57,360 bases of DNA from Ignavibacteriota bacterium (GTDB lineage Bacteria > Bacteroidota > Ignavibacteria > UBA10030 > CAVZMI01): positions 1 to 57,360 of the forward strand of contig CAVZMI010000011.1 in the NCBI GenBank assembly GCA_963776275.1, written 5' to 3'. A model generated the notes under the pieces. The model did not search any database. It had not been told where the DNA came from and saw only the letters and a list, made by a program, of their open reading frames with translations. Of this stretch, positions 1-12,854 are shown piece after piece. A program made the position numbers and the translations under genes. Position 1 is the stretch's first letter; each line of letters opens with the position of its first letter.

Positions 1-130
1 ATTAATCTACGACAACGGTAGTGTTCCCACTCGCTGGCCGCTAATTTAGTTAACATCAAAGATGCCATTGTAAGTTTCACATGGAGATACAGGGCAAGGT
101 CGGCTTTCCTGCTGTGTTCTTATGTTGATT

Positions 131-907
131 TTATTGAAAGATTTCCGAAAAAAATGTTTTCATCGCATCCCACGAGCGCTTATCTGCCTTTTCATTGTAT
201 GCGACGCCTTTTGCCGGATCATTACCCGACGCCGGATTTGTGAAGCTGTGGACAGCACCGCCATACGACACCAACTGCCAATCGATATTCGCTTTCCGCA
301 TCTCATCCTCAAATGCTGTCACCTGTGTTGCCGGAACATTCGGATCATCGCCGCCGGTTAATACGAGGATTTTTGCTTTGATGTTTTTTGCGTCGTCGGT
401 GTTCGGAGTTGACAATCCGCCGTGAAAGCTTACTACGCCCGCAATATCAGCGCCGCTCCGGGCAAGTTCGAGCGCAGTCATTCCCCCAAAGCAATATCCG
501 ATTGCCGCGATCCGTTTTGGATCGACGAGGGAATTCTTCCGTAGGATATCGAGACCTGCCGCTGCGCGTTGGCGAAGGAGTTTTCTGTCTCCATAAAACT
601 GTTTGACGACAGCTTGTGCTTCCTCAGGAGTATTTGCACGGATACCCTTTCCGTAAATATCTACTGCAAACGCAACATAATCCAGTCGCGCAAGTTGTTC
701 TGCTCTCTTTTGTATATATGGGGTAATTCCCCACCATTCATGGACAATAAGTACTCCGGGGTGCTTATCTTTTATTGAGGCATCGTATGCAAGATAACCC
801 TCGAACACAGAATCGCCAATTTTATACTCGATGGTTTCCATATGGATTTGACTGAGTGACATGTGCGAAAGACCTAAAAAAATAAGAAATAAAAAAATGG
901 ACTTCAT
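131..907 (-). CDS. Dienelactone hydrolase family protein (alpha/beta hydrolase) with predicted signal peptide
   Basis: HEWWG motif, nucleophile GYCFGG, catalytic D (GGDDP) and H (AVHSFTNP); hydrophobic N-terminus. Confidence 0.9.
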   Translation of the reverse strand: MKSIFLFLIFLGLSHMSLSQIHMETIEYKIGDSVFEGYLAYDASIKDKHPGVLIVHEWWGITPYIQKRAEQLARLDYVAFAVDIYGKGIRANTPEEAQAVVKQFYGDRKLLRQRAAAGLDILRKNSLVDPKRIAAIGYCFGGMTALELARSGADIAGVVSFHGGLSTPNTDDAKNIKAKILVLTGGDDPNVPATQVTAFEDEMRKANIDWQLVSYGGAVHSFTNPASGNDPAKGVAYNEKADKRSWDAMKTFFSEIFQ

Positions 908-978
908 GTGTGTCTCCCTCGATTGATTATACTGTATGTAATAACATTACAGGGAGGGGAGTTTGTTCCTTGGGGGGA

Positions 979-1362
979 TTACCGGATTGCGCGTCGAGGA
1001 CTTTTTCCATTTTTCCCGGGGTTTCGACGTTCTGTTTTCCGGGCACCTTTCTTCACGAGCTCGTATGAATGGTCAACCATTGAAAAAATCTCTTTAGAGG
1101 AAAGACTTCCATCAAGTGTCACAGTATTCCAGTGTTTCTTGTTCATATGGTATCCGGGACACACTTCTTCATATCGTTCTCGAAGTTCTATCGCGAGCTC
1201 GGGATCGCATTTGAGATTGACGGTAAGCGGGCGATCGTATATGCTTGTCATGGCAAAGATTTTTCCACGAACTCTGAATACCAGTGTTTCCTCGTCGAAA
1301 GGAAAATCCTCGCCGGTATCCTGCTTTTTCAAACAATATTGCCTGAGAGTTTCGAGGTTCAT
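979..1362 (-). CDS. MmcQ/YjbR family DNA-binding protein
   Basis: EDFPF..LVFRVRGKIFA, NLKCDPE, PGYHMNKKHWNTV motifs; start moved to the ATG at 1362 (MNLETLRQYC), just after the tpl stop. Confidence 0.9.
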   Translation of the reverse strand: MNLETLRQYCLKKQDTGEDFPFDEETLVFRVRGKIFAMTSIYDRPLTVNLKCDPELAIELRERYEEVCPGYHMNKKHWNTVTLDGSLSSKEIFSMVDHSYELVKKGARKTERRNPGKNGKSPRRAIR

Positions 1363-1372
1363 GATCGTAGAA

Positions 1373-2773
<1,401 letters not shown>

Positions 2774-2786
2774 TTAAGAGGGCGTT

Positions 2787-2815
2787 AATATATCGCAATT
2801 TTCGTTCCGAAGCAA
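2787..2815 (-). promoter_or_regulatory. Sigma70-type promoter for tpl
   Basis: TTGCTT-N17-TATATT on the - strand, about 30 nt upstream of the tpl ATG; AGGAGA RBS. Confidence 0.6.
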
Positions 2816-2825
2816 GGTTGATTTT

Positions 2826-2854
2826 TTGCTAAAATCATTCTCATTTCCTACATT
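2826..2854 (+). promoter_or_regulatory. Sigma70-type promoter for the hybrid kinase
   Basis: TTGCTA-N17-TACATT, back to back with the tpl promoter. Confidence 0.55.
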
Positions 2855-2886
2855 ACCTTATATGAGAGTATAAGGGTGTCCTCAGA

Positions 2887-5139
2887 ATGAAGAAATTTTA
2901 TCTCCGCATACGGCAGTTTTTCTCCGACCTCGGTCTGGTTGAGCAATCGCAGATCGTAGCCTCGACCGCTGTGATCGTATCTATGGTTACTATCGTCGGG
3001 ATCTATGTTGTCAGCGGTAGAATGTTAAAGTGGTATGAATTTATCAGTATCGTTGGTGTTGGGATAATAGGCTATGCGAGTGTATTCTTCTCCTTAAAAT
3101 ATGGACGACAGCTCGAAGAACAACGACGTGAATTGCTGGCGTTGAACACCATTGCCGAAGCAGTGAATCAGTCGGTTGAACTCAAAGAAGTGTTACACAA
3201 TGCGCTGGAAAAAGTGCGAGACCTTCTTAATATTGAATTCGGATGGATCTATGTCATTGAAAATGAAAAGTTGAAATTACGAAACTCGATTGGAACAACC
3301 GTCGGGATTTTCGATGAAACAGCGTCGACATCAGAACAGCAGATTGAAATCTTTGATCATTCAACCGAACAGAACAGACTCCCCGATATCCACCGGTCTC
3401 TGCCGGTGGTACTGGAGGGTCTTGGGATTGAATCCTGGGCATCGACTATACTTCGGACAAAAGAATCGGTCGCCGGAGTTCTTGTCGTTGCGAGTAGATT
3501 GCCGAAAGCATTTTCCGAAAGGGATGTAGATTTACTCGTAGCATTCGGTAATCATATCAGCGTCGCATTGCAGAACGCGCGGCTCTTTGAACGCCTGCGT
3601 GATTCAGAACGCCGCTATGCAGACCTATACGAACATTCTCCCGATATGTACCATGTTGTGAATGAGGAAGGAATCATCATCAACTGCAATACGACGGAAG
3701 CAGTAACGCTTGGATACGAAAAGAGTGAACTGATCGGACGTTCCATTCTCTCATTCATTCCCGATGAATATAAGGGAGAAGCGCGGAGGCATCATCAACA
3801 GCTCTTCCGGGTCGGTGTGAGTGTTCAGGGTATTGAAGCCCAATTTGTGAAGAAGGATGGGAGCCGGATTGACGTCAGCACGAATACTTCCATCATTGTC
3901 GGCGACGATGGAAAGCCGATACTGGTCCGTTCGGTAATGCGCGATATTACCGAGAAGAAGCGGTTTGAACAGCAGATTCTTCAGGCACAGAAAATCGACA
4001 GTATCGGTAATCTTGCCGGTGGCATTGCTCATGATTTTAATAATATCCTTTCCTCGATCCTCGGACCGGCATCGATGCTCAAGCGAAAAATCGGGGCGAA
4101 TCATAAACTGTACGACTATGTCGACGTAATGGAAGCAGCAGCGCGGCGTGGAGCTGCGTTGACCAGACAGCTCCTGACGTTTGCACGAAGGGACCATTTC
4201 GAAACCAGGCAGATCGACATCCATACCATCGTACAGGATACTCTCTCATTTTTTGAACGGAGTGTTGACCGACGGATTTCAATGCATACCGATTTTAATG
4301 CGAAGAACAGTGTTATACTGGGGGACGAAGGACAAATTCAACAGGCGATATTGAATATTCTCCTAAACGCCCGGGATGCAATGCCCGAAGGGGGATTATT
4401 AACAATCAAGACTCTCGATATAACCCTGACGGGGGCCGAAGCCCAGATTTCTCCAAACATGAAACCGGGGAAATATCTTCAAATGGATATATCCGATACG
4501 GGCGTCGGCATCGACGAAAATATCCTCCACCATATTTTTGAGCCCTTCTTTACCACCAAGGCAAAGGGCAAAGGGACGGGATTAGGACTTTCTGTTTCCT
4601 ATGGCATTATTCAAACTCACGGGGGCTTGATTTCCGTCGAGAGCTCGAAGAATATCGGTTCATGTTTTCATGTCCTCCTCCCGCAACTTGAGGAGCGAAT
4701 CCCTCGTCAAAGGAGTAGGAAACTTCAGCGATTACGGCATGGGAATGAACATATCCTGCTTGTGGATGATGAAGATTCTATTATCAGGACTACCTCTTCT
4801 CTCTTACGCAGCCTCGGGTACACGGTGACAACAGCATCAACCGGAGAAGAAGCGGTGGAGATTTACAAAACCATGCGGGATGAAATCGATCTCATGATAC
4901 TTGATATGAATATGCCAAAGGGAAGTGGGGAGGAGGTTCTTGAGGCTCTTCAGGAAATGAATGCCCAGGTGTATATTATTGTGTCGTCGGGGTACGCAGA
5001 TAACATTATTCCTCGGGATATCCTCCGTCAGATGGTTGATGGTTTTCTCCCAAAACCGTATCGGGTGGAAGACCTTTCAGTAAAAGTGAGGCAAATTCTT
5101 GATGGTTATCGACTAATATCGGTTAACGAAGAAGAATAA
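2887..5139 (+). CDS. Hybrid sensor histidine kinase/response regulator (2 TM-GAF-PAS-HisKA-HATPase-REC), CckA-like
   Basis: H-box [11 protein letters not shown]-box [25 protein letters not shown]; receiver LLVDDE..LDMNMP..KPY. Confidence 0.9.
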   Translation: MKKFYLRIRQFFSDLGLVEQSQIVASTAVIVSMVTIVGIYVVSGRMLKWYEFISIVGVGIIGYASVFFSLKYGRQLEEQRRELLALNTIAEAVNQSVELKEVLHNALEKVRDLLNIEFGWIYVIENEKLKLRNSIGTTVGIFDETASTSEQQIEIFDHSTEQNRLPDIHRSLPVVLEGLGIESWASTILRTKESVAGVLVVASRLPKAFSERDVDLLVAFGNHISVALQNARLFERLRDSERRYADLYEHSPDMYHVVNEEGIIINCNTTEAVTLGYEKSELIGRSILSFIPDEYKGEARRHHQQLFRVGVSVQGIEAQFVKKDGSRIDVSTNTSIIVGDDGKPILVRSVMRDITEKKRFEQQILQAQKIDSIGNLAGGIAHDFNNILSSILGPASMLKRKIGANHKLYDYVDVMEAAARRGAALTRQLLTFARRDHFETRQIDIHTIVQDTLSFFERSVDRRISMHTDFNAKNSVILGDEGQIQQAILNILLNARDAMPEGGLLTIKTLDITLTGAEAQISPNMKPGKYLQMDISDTGVGIDENILHHIFEPFFTTKAKGKGTGLGLSVSYGIIQTHGGLISVESSKNIGSCFHVLLPQLEERIPRQRSRKLQRLRHGNEHILLVDDEDSIIRTTSSLLRSLGYTVTTASTGEEAVEIYKTMRDEIDLMILDMNMPKGSGEEVLEALQEMNAQVYIIVSSGYADNIIPRDILRQMVDGFLPKPYRVEDLSVKVRQILDGYRLISVNEEE

Positions 5140-5162
5140 AAAAGGACCGTCGTACCGGTCCT
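5138..5162 (-). terminator. Intrinsic terminator downstream of tRNA-Leu
   Basis: AGGACCG/CGGTCCT stem followed by a U-run on the - strand. Confidence 0.6.
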
Positions 5163-5169
5163 AATAATG

Positions 5170-5255
5170 TGCCGAAGAAGGGACTCGAACCCTTACCCGG
5201 GGTAAGCCGGACTGGATTTTGAGTCCAGCGCGTCTACCAATTCCGCCACTTCGGC
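5170..5255 (-). tRNA. tRNA-Leu (anticodon CAA)
   Basis: GCCGAAG/CTTCGGC acceptor stem, D-loop GGAATTGGTAGAC, anticodon arm CTGGA-CTCAAAA-TCCAG, long variable arm, GGTTCGAGTCC T-arm; no encoded CCA. Confidence 0.97.
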
Positions 5256-5268
5256 TTTCTGATATAAA

Positions 5269-5297
5269 AATATATCCAAAAAGTGACCCAAAGGCAA
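5269..5297 (-). promoter_or_regulatory. Sigma70-type promoter for tRNA-Leu
   Basis: TTGCCT-N17-TATATT, 14 nt upstream of the tRNA 5' end. Confidence 0.65.
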
Positions 5298-5393
5298 GCA
5301 CAAATACACATCAATCATACGCAGCGGGAGGTGACACACATCGTTTGATACGATAATTAAAATAATTCTTTCAGAAGCGTACCTTCACAGTTG

Positions 5394-8300
5394 ATGATGT
5401 TATCCCGCGCTTTACAACAGACTGTTTTCGCCGTAATTTTTTTTGCAGCTCTCCCACTCGATGCACAGGAGAGTAGGCAAATTTGGTATGATCCATTGAT
5501 TGGCATTCATACTGCGGTACTCCGCACTCACGATTCACTCATCACCCTACCGTATCAATTTCTCGTTGCCGGTTCGGAAATCGTGTATTATGACACACTC
5601 CGGTTGCATCGGGACACTGACTATTACCTCGATGCACGGTACGGAATAGTAACATTGTTTCGCTCTCGGATACTTCCATCGGATACTGCTGCACAACATC
5701 AGGTTAAAATTTTCTATCGCCGGTTTCCTTTTTCATTTCAATCCTCTTATGAGCATCAGCGTCTTGTGTATCAGCGTGATTCACTCGGCAGACAACAGGG
5801 GGTGGTCCAGAAAGTATCCAGATCGTTTTCTGTTGAAGATATTTTCGGCCGGATCTTCAGAAATCCGGAAGTATCGCACGCGGATTCTCTGTGGGATCAA
5901 ATCGTGATCTCTCACTCACATCAGGATTTCGAATGCAGCTTGCAGGAAAACTCTCCCCGGATATTAATATTGTTGCGGCATTGACCGATGAAAATACACC
6001 GATTCAACCAGAGGGAAATACACAAACTCTTCAGGAATTCGATAAGGTATTCGTTGAAATTACGAGTCCTTCCGTAACAACGACGCTGGGTGACTTCAAT
6101 CTGATGATGGAGGGAACGGAGTTTGCACGGCTTGCTCGAAAACTCCAGGGAGCAAAAGCCGGGTCGACATTGATGATCGGATCTACTTCCGATACTCTGC
6201 TTGTTTCGGGTTCAATCACGCGCGGAAAATTTTCCACAAGTCAATTCAACGGTATTGATGGAGTCCAGGACCGTACCGATTGGTCGGTCGAAATAACGAA
6301 CGTTCAATTATTGTCATTGCGGGGACGGAAAAAGTGTATGCCAACGGTGAATTGATGACGCGCGGGGAAGCAAATGATTATATAATTGACTATGCAAATG
6401 CAGAAATCATTTTTTCAACCAGACGGCCCATAACGTCGTTGACGCGGATTACGGTTGACTTTCAATATACCGATCGCCAATATACCCGCAGTCTTCTCAC
6501 TGCCGATGCCCGATCATCTCTCGCAGGCGGAGACGTCCTCTTTGGCGTCACCTATATGAGGGAAGCCGATAATCCGGATGCGACGATTGATCTTCAACTC
6601 AGTGACGATGATAAACGCATATTACGAGAGAGCGGTGCCGATCGGGAAAGGGCATCAAAATCGGGTGCTGTTTATGTAGGACGCGATTCGATATCGGGAA
6701 TGGGGAAAGGGCAGTACATCGCAGTAGATACGATGGAAGCGCAGGTGCCTAAAAGAATTTATCGCTATGCACCAGGTATGCCCGATGCTCTCTATTCGGT
6801 ATCCTTCACTTATGTCGGTGATGGGTCGGGCGAATATAGAAAGGACAAGATCGGGACGTTCACATACGTCGGAGTGAATCAGGGTGCATATGTCCCGATT
6901 CAGTACCTTCCACTCCCTGAAGAAATACAACTTGCCGATTTCCGGATTTCAACAACACCCGGCAGCATCCTGCGACTCTCGGGTGAATATGCGATAAGTC
7001 GATATAATGCAAATCGCTTCGCATCACTCGAGGATGCAGTCACCAATGGATCGGCATTTAATGCTACGGCTCAGTTCTCTCCAAAAAATATTGTCATAGG
7101 CTCAGTGAATATTGGAAGAGTCGATATTCTTCTTCATGAAAGATTCGTGAGCGAACAATTTACTCCGTTAGATCGGACAAATGTCATCGAATTTTCTCGC
7201 GCGTGGAACGTAGCCCGTCTGATAGTCGGGAATGAAGAAATCCGTGAAGGACGACTGATGTATTTCCCAACCCAGGCATCAACGATGAGTATCCAGTACG
7301 GTTCGATGCGTCGAGGTGATGATTTCCAGACGAGGAAACTCGAAGGTGAACTCACAATCGGTGAAAAAAAGCTTCCATCGATCACGTATTCGTTCGAACA
7401 GCTATCGACTACGGATGACGGGATATCACAGCGTTCACTGTGGTTCAGGCAGAAAGGATCGGCGTCATATGCAATCCCAGTCGGTGAACGCACTGCGATC
7501 AGCCCGGGAGTACATTTTGAAGCCGAGGATCGAAGGGATCTCGTTTCAGTAACTGATAGTCTACTCGGTTCAAGTTACCGTTATATCGATGTAGCACCGA
7601 CAATATCTCTGACCGATTTTTCTAATATGTCTTTGAGTGGAGAGTATGGGATCCGTATAGAAGACGCTGTCAGCGGACAGGGCTTCGTCCGTCAATCGTT
7701 ATCGCGAAGTCAAACGATAGCCTGGAAACTAAGGGAATGGAAGTCATTGAGTTCCAGCGTTGATCTGACATTCCGTCAGAAACAATATGAAAAAGAGTTT
7801 CAATCGGTCGATCGTAGCGATATTCAGACTGTATTATTACGGACTCAGACACGCTACGCACCATGGAACCGTGCGCTTGATGCAGATATATTCTATGAAG
7901 TTGCGACACAGAGGTCGGCAAAATTAGAGAGGGTATTCATCCGTGTGCCAAAAGGAACCGGCAATTATATCTATCTTGGGGATTTGAATGGCGATGGTAT
8001 CGCCGATGAACAGGAATTCCAGCTAACCCGGTTTGACGGCGATTATATCGTCGTGACGATTCCCACAGACCAGTATATTCCCGTCATCGATGTAAAAGCA
8101 AGCACGCGGTTCCGGTTATCCGGACAGAAATTTATTCCGGTACCAAAAGGCGCACTTGAAACCATTCTGGGGAGTTTATCGTCGGAGACATATTTTCGTG
8201 TCGAGGAGCGAAGCAGCGAACAGGATTTAAAACAGATTTATCTACTTCATTTATCTCATTTTCAACAAGATGCGACAACCATTCTCGGTACGCAACAGAT

Positions 8301-8931
8301 CAACCAGGCCCTGTATGTTTTCGAAAACAATCAGCAATTTTCACTACGGTTCCGATTTAATCAACGGCATGGGTTGAGTCAGTACGCGACCGGGAATGAG
8401 CGGACGCTGGCAATTGATCGGGGCGGACGTATCCGGTGGCAGCTGATTCCAGAAGTCTCGCATCAATTTGAGGTCACGCAAAGGCGTGATCGTCTTCTTT
8501 CATCCGCGGGTAACAATCGTATTAGGGATATTTCTGCTCTGGTTGTGTCTTCCGATTTATCCTACAGACCGGAACAAAATCTTGAAATTGGCTTTATTTT
8601 CGCCACGACCTCGGCGCAGGATGAATATCCTTCGGTTCCGACCGATGCAACGATCCAGGTTTTTGGACTACGCGGTGTGGAGTCACTCCAGGGAAAAGGG
8701 CAGATTCGTATCGAGGCCCAGCGTGAAGATGTTCGGGTAAGTACATCGTCTATTAATATTCCTTTTGAACTTACCGGTGGTCGTGTTGCGGGAAAAACCT
8801 GGTTGTGGAGTGTGACGATGGATTACCGGTTGGGTGGGAATGTTCAGGCATCGCTGAATTATAACGGGCGATCGGAAGCACAACGTCATGCAATCCATAC
8901 CGGCCGTGTTGAAGTCCGTGCTTTTTTCTAG
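5394..8931 (+). CDS. Very large (~1180 aa) putative outer-membrane beta-barrel protein of unknown function; split by two single-base deletions (~5850, ~6269)
   Basis: Three ORFs join when one base is restored at each site (IFG[P]DLQKSGSIARGFSVG; GVQ[G]PYRLVG); signal peptide, alternating beta-strand pattern, C-terminal EVRAFF. Confidence 0.75.
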
Positions 8932-8964
8932 TGTCACTCCAACTATTTTTTAATACTATAAAAG

Positions 8965-8993
8965 TGGCATCCCGCTCGGAGAGCGGGATGCCA
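8965..8993. repeat. Perfect 13-bp inverted repeat (REP-like hairpin or terminator)
   Basis: TGGCATCCCGCTC-GGA-GAGCGGGATGCCA. Confidence 0.75.
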
Positions 8994-9196
8994 ACACAAA
9001 TAATCACGAAGATTATTATGAAATAATAGTTGGAGCGGTACTAGTGATCCTATGGACAATTGAATTTTCAAATATTTTGCCCTACGTATCATTCAGCAAG
9101 AATCCACGATATTTCTCCATGAGTACAACTTTCGTGCCTTGGTGAATTTCATTGCAGAGATAGAACTATTCAATTCTCGACACTCAGATTTTCCGC

Positions 9197-9225
9197 TTGC
9201 AAGTTATTATTTTTTTTTCTACACT
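9197..9225 (+). promoter_or_regulatory. Sigma70-type promoter
   Basis: TTGCAA-N17-TACACT upstream of the LysE gene; supports a start at 9263. Confidence 0.55.
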
Positions 9226-9262
9226 GGACAACCACGTTCACAATGACGAGAGCTTAAAAAAA

Positions 9263-9892
9263 ATGATTGCCTCCCTTATCGGTTTTGTCGTCGGCTTACT
9301 GACCACCATGCCGATTGGTCCGATCAACGTAACGGTGTTGACCAAGGGCATGAGGGAAAGTTTTGCCCATGGCATTTCGATTGCGGTGGGGGCCGCGTTG
9401 ATGGACTTCGTGTATTCTCTTGCCGCGATGTACGGATTATTTGCGATTCTGCAGGCACCTCTTGTCAGCCGGGTGTTTCAATGTGTGGGAATTCTTCTGT
9501 TAATTACATTTGGTGTTCAAAACATACGCAGCAAGTTGACGAAAATCGATAATGGATACAAACTTCCTCTCAAGCGTGAACTGCATAATAACTTCTGGAT
9601 CGGTGTTTTTCTTTATCTATCCAATCCGACCTTCATTGGTATGTGGTTGACGATTGCCGGATCGGTTCATGCGTATCATATTATCTCTCGTGGGAGCGAC
9701 AACCTCTTCTTCGCCACAGGGGTTGGACTGGGGGCATTTAGCTGGTATTATATTATGCTCCGATATTTTCATAATCGAAAGGACTTTATGAAGCCCGGGA
9801 CCCTACATAAAATTTCAGTGTTCTCGGGTATCGCACTTCTCGGATTCGGTTGTTACCTGTGTTTCGAGTTGATAGTGTCACTGCTTTCCTAG
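9263..9892 (+). CDS. LysE/RhtB family translocator
   Basis: PIGPINVTV motif, second-half LSNP motif, about 6 TM helices. Confidence 0.85.
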   Translation: MIASLIGFVVGLLTTMPIGPINVTVLTKGMRESFAHGISIAVGAALMDFVYSLAAMYGLFAILQAPLVSRVFQCVGILLLITFGVQNIRSKLTKIDNGYKLPLKRELHNNFWIGVFLYLSNPTFIGMWLTIAGSVHAYHIISRGSDNLFFATGVGLGAFSWYYIMLRYFHNRKDFMKPGTLHKISVFSGIALLGFGCYLCFELIVSLLS

Positions 9893-9955
9893 TCTGGTCG
9901 GAAAAACAATAATTCATCCAGGGCGCGAGAGTGACTTCATCACGAAGGAAATCGT

Positions 9956-10465
9956 ATGCCGAAAGTCTATTGTACCTCGTTCGAATCAAAGATCGGTGTG
10001 CTTTATGTCGCATCGACCGAGCAAGGAGTGTGCAAAATCAGTATTCCGCGTGAGTCGCGTAAAGACTTTTTCGCCTGGCTCACAGCACACTTCGATGACG
10101 ATGATGTCATCGAGAACAAATCACGTAACAAGGGTGTTATTGATGAGTTGACACGATATTTTAACGGTAAGCTCGTTGCCTTCCACACACCATTGCATCA
10201 TATAGGGACCCCCTTCCAGATCAGGGTCTGGAAGGAACTCACACGGATTCCCTATGGAACAACGATCACCTATGATAAACTTGCCCGCCGTGTCGGTGTC
10301 CCACGCGGATTCCAGGCTGTCGGCCAAGCCAACAGTATGAATCCGATTCCTATTGTCGTTCCCTGTCATCGTGTAATCGGGAAGGACGGATCACTTGTCG
10401 GATACTCGGGCGGTCTTAAAACGAAAGAATTTCTATTACGGCTCGAAGGTGCTTTGCTTGTGTGA
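9956..10465 (+). CDS. ogt: Methylated-DNA--protein-cysteine S-methyltransferase
   Basis: GTPFQ.VW, IPYG, PCHRV active site, GYSGG. Confidence 0.95.
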   Translation: MPKVYCTSFESKIGVLYVASTEQGVCKISIPRESRKDFFAWLTAHFDDDDVIENKSRNKGVIDELTRYFNGKLVAFHTPLHHIGTPFQIRVWKELTRIPYGTTITYDKLARRVGVPRGFQAVGQANSMNPIPIVVPCHRVIGKDGSLVGYSGGLKTKEFLLRLEGALLV

Positions 10466-10574
10466 AAATTCTCGGTGAGTACTTCTATACTGATCTAAGT
10501 TGCGGCTCGATGTGATTGCAGCGATATCATACTGTGCAATTATGTCCGAACCATTGTAGATGGAGTTTTTCTTC

Positions 10575-10603
10575 TTGCCTCCACTTCAATTTTTGTGTAC
10601 TTT
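10575..10603 (+). promoter_or_regulatory. Sigma70-type promoter for pcrA
   Basis: TTGCCT-N17-TACTTT. Confidence 0.5.
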
Positions 10604-10634
10604 TTAAAGTCGAAAATATGAATTGTGGATGTTC

Positions 10635-12854
10635 ATGTCATTTCTCGAACATCTCAATAGTGTTCAACAACAGGCAGTCCAGGCGATTGACGGACCGGTA
10701 ATGATTGTCGCCGGTGCCGGCAGCGGAAAAACACGCGTTCTCACCTACCGGGTTGCGTTTTGTGTACAATCGGGAATCCGACCGTATGAAATTCTCGCAT
10801 TGACATTTACAAATAAAGCGGCGAAGGAGATGAAATCGCGCATTATCAACCTCGTCGGCATACAGAGCCGCGACGTTTGGATGGGGACATTCCATTCGAT
10901 TTTTGCACGGCTTCTCCGCATCGAAGCTGCATACATTGGGTATGATCGGAACTTTACCATATACGATTCTGATGACACCCTGAATGTCATCAGAGATGTC
11001 ATGCGCGCGCTGAACATCTCGACACAGCAATTTCATCCAAATGCCATCCGTTCGCGCATCAGCGGCGCAAAGAACTCGCTCATTGATCCGATCGAATTTG
11101 CCAATCGTGCGGGGGATCTTTTTGAAGAAAAAACGGCACAGGTGTATACGGCGTATGAAAAGCGGTTGCATGAAATGAACGCGATGGACTTCGACGATTT
11201 GATCGTCCGCCCCATCGGGCTCTTTGAACATCATCAAAATATCCTTGAAAAATATCAGCACCGGTTTAAATATATTTCCATCGATGAATATCAGGATACA
11301 AATCGTGCGCAGTATCGCCTCATCAATCTTCTTGCAGCAAAATTCCGGAATATCTGCGTTGTCGGTGATGATGCACAGAGCATCTATGCATTTCGCGGAG
11401 CCGATATTCGGAATATTCTTGATTTCGAAAAGGACTATCCGGATTGTCGGATGTTCCGCCTTGAACAAAACTATCGCTCGACAAAAACTATCCTCGCGGC
11501 TGCCGGTGGTGTGATAAAGAATAACAAACGGCAGATCCGGAAAACTCTCTGGACCGAGAACCCCGAAGGGGAACCGATTACACTGCTCGAGTGTGAAGAT
11601 GAGAAGGAGGAGGGAATCCGGATTGTGCACAATCTTCAACACGATGGCCAGAAATATAAAATCAGCTTTAACCAGATCGCGGTGCTGTACCGTACCAATG
11701 CTCAATCACGGTCAATTGAAGACGCGATGCGCCGGGCAGGGATTCCGTATGTCATTGTAGGCGGCGTGGAATTCTATCGCAGAAAAGAAATCAAGGATGT
11801 CCTCGCTTATCTACGGGTTATCGCCAACCCGAAGGATGAGGAGAGTCTGCTGCGGATCATCAACACTCCAACACGCGGTATCAGTCAGCAGACCGTTACA
11901 CGGTTTCGCGAGGCGGCAATAGCGCATCGGTGTGATCTTTTCACGATACTATCGCGGGTCGAAAATATTTCCGATCTTTCCGATCGCGCACGTACGGCAG
12001 TGCAGCGTTTTTCACAGATGATTTCAAAATATATCGGAATGAAGACACAGATGTCGGCAAGCGAACTGGCGCGATCTGTCGTCGATGATATCGGTATCCT
12101 GCAGGAGTTGAAAAGGGAAGGGACTCCCGAAGCTATCGCACGATGGGAAAACATACAGGAACTACTTTCGGCTATCACGGAATATTGTGCCGAAAAACCA
12201 TCCGCCACACTTGAGAATTTCCTGGAAGAGGTTTCGCTCATCGCTGATGTAGATCGATGGGATGATCAACGGAATACGGTGACACTCATGACGCTGCATG
12301 CAGCTAAAGGATTGGAATTCCCGGTGGTGTTTGTTGCCGGACTTGAAGAAGGACTTTTTCCGATTTCTGTAGCGTCAATGGATCAGTCGGAAATCGAAGA
12401 AGAACGGCGCCTGTTTTATGTCGGCATCACACGCGCGATGAAAAAGCTTTATCTTTCCTACGCCCATACCCGGTATCGTTTTGGATCGATGAGCTTCCAG
12501 GCTCGCTCGCGGTTCGTCGACGAAGTGGATGAAGGCCTTGTCGAGAAAGAAATCCGCCATATACGTCCGCCGAAAAGCGAACAAAAACCGGCCGCTATAT
12601 TATTGAGAAAGCCGCGACACCGGCAATCACATACTGCCGACCAGACCTATAATGATGTCCACCCTGATTATGAAAATGAAAGTCAGGAATCCGTCGATCT
12701 TCATGTCGGAGTTCGTGTAGTACACGATGCATTTGGTGAGGGAAGGATTGTGTCGTTGTCTGGAAAAGGTGAAAATGCTCGGGCAAGTGTTGCCTTCGAT
12801 AGCGTAGGATTAAAACAGCTGCTTATCAAGTATGCAAACCTTCGTATCGTATGA
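10635..12854 (+). CDS. pcrA: ATP-dependent DNA helicase PcrA/UvrD
   Basis: AGAGSGKT, TFTNKAA, DEYQDTN, VGDDAQSIY, LEQNYRS, HAAKGLEF, EERRLFYVGITRA; C-terminal Tudor-like domain. Confidence 0.95.
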   Translation: MSFLEHLNSVQQQAVQAIDGPVMIVAGAGSGKTRVLTYRVAFCVQSGIRPYEILALTFTNKAAKEMKSRIINLVGIQSRDVWMGTFHSIFARLLRIEAAYIGYDRNFTIYDSDDTLNVIRDVMRALNISTQQFHPNAIRSRISGAKNSLIDPIEFANRAGDLFEEKTAQVYTAYEKRLHEMNAMDFDDLIVRPIGLFEHHQNILEKYQHRFKYISIDEYQDTNRAQYRLINLLAAKFRNICVVGDDAQSIYAFRGADIRNILDFEKDYPDCRMFRLEQNYRSTKTILAAAGGVIKNNKRQIRKTLWTENPEGEPITLLECEDEKEEGIRIVHNLQHDGQKYKISFNQIAVLYRTNAQSRSIEDAMRRAGIPYVIVGGVEFYRRKEIKDVLAYLRVIANPKDEESLLRIINTPTRGISQQTVTRFREAAIAHRCDLFTILSRVENISDLSDRARTAVQRFSQMISKYIGMKTQMSASELARSVVDDIGILQELKREGTPEAIARWENIQELLSAITEYCAEKPSATLENFLEEVSLIADVDRWDDQRNTVTLMTLHAAKGLEFPVVFVAGLEEGLFPISVASMDQSEIEEERRLFYVGITRAMKKLYLSYAHTRYRFGSMSFQARSRFVDEVDEGLVEKEIRHIRPPKSEQKPAAILLRKPRHRQSHTADQTYNDVHPDYENESQESVDLHVGVRVVHDAFGEGRIVSLSGKGENARASVAFDSVGLKQLLIKYANLRIV

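Noticed and set aside
1-130. Gene fragment at the left edge
   Set aside because: Short open frames on both strands but nothing recognisable
5170-5255. tRNA-Leu as an island integration site
   Set aside because: No integrase nearby and no duplicated tRNA 3' end seen in the window
10638-11705. 355-aa antisense ORF inside pcrA, and similar shadow ORFs (e.g. 36087-36917, 1763-2350)
   Set aside because: They lie opposite well-supported genes and show no recognisable motifs
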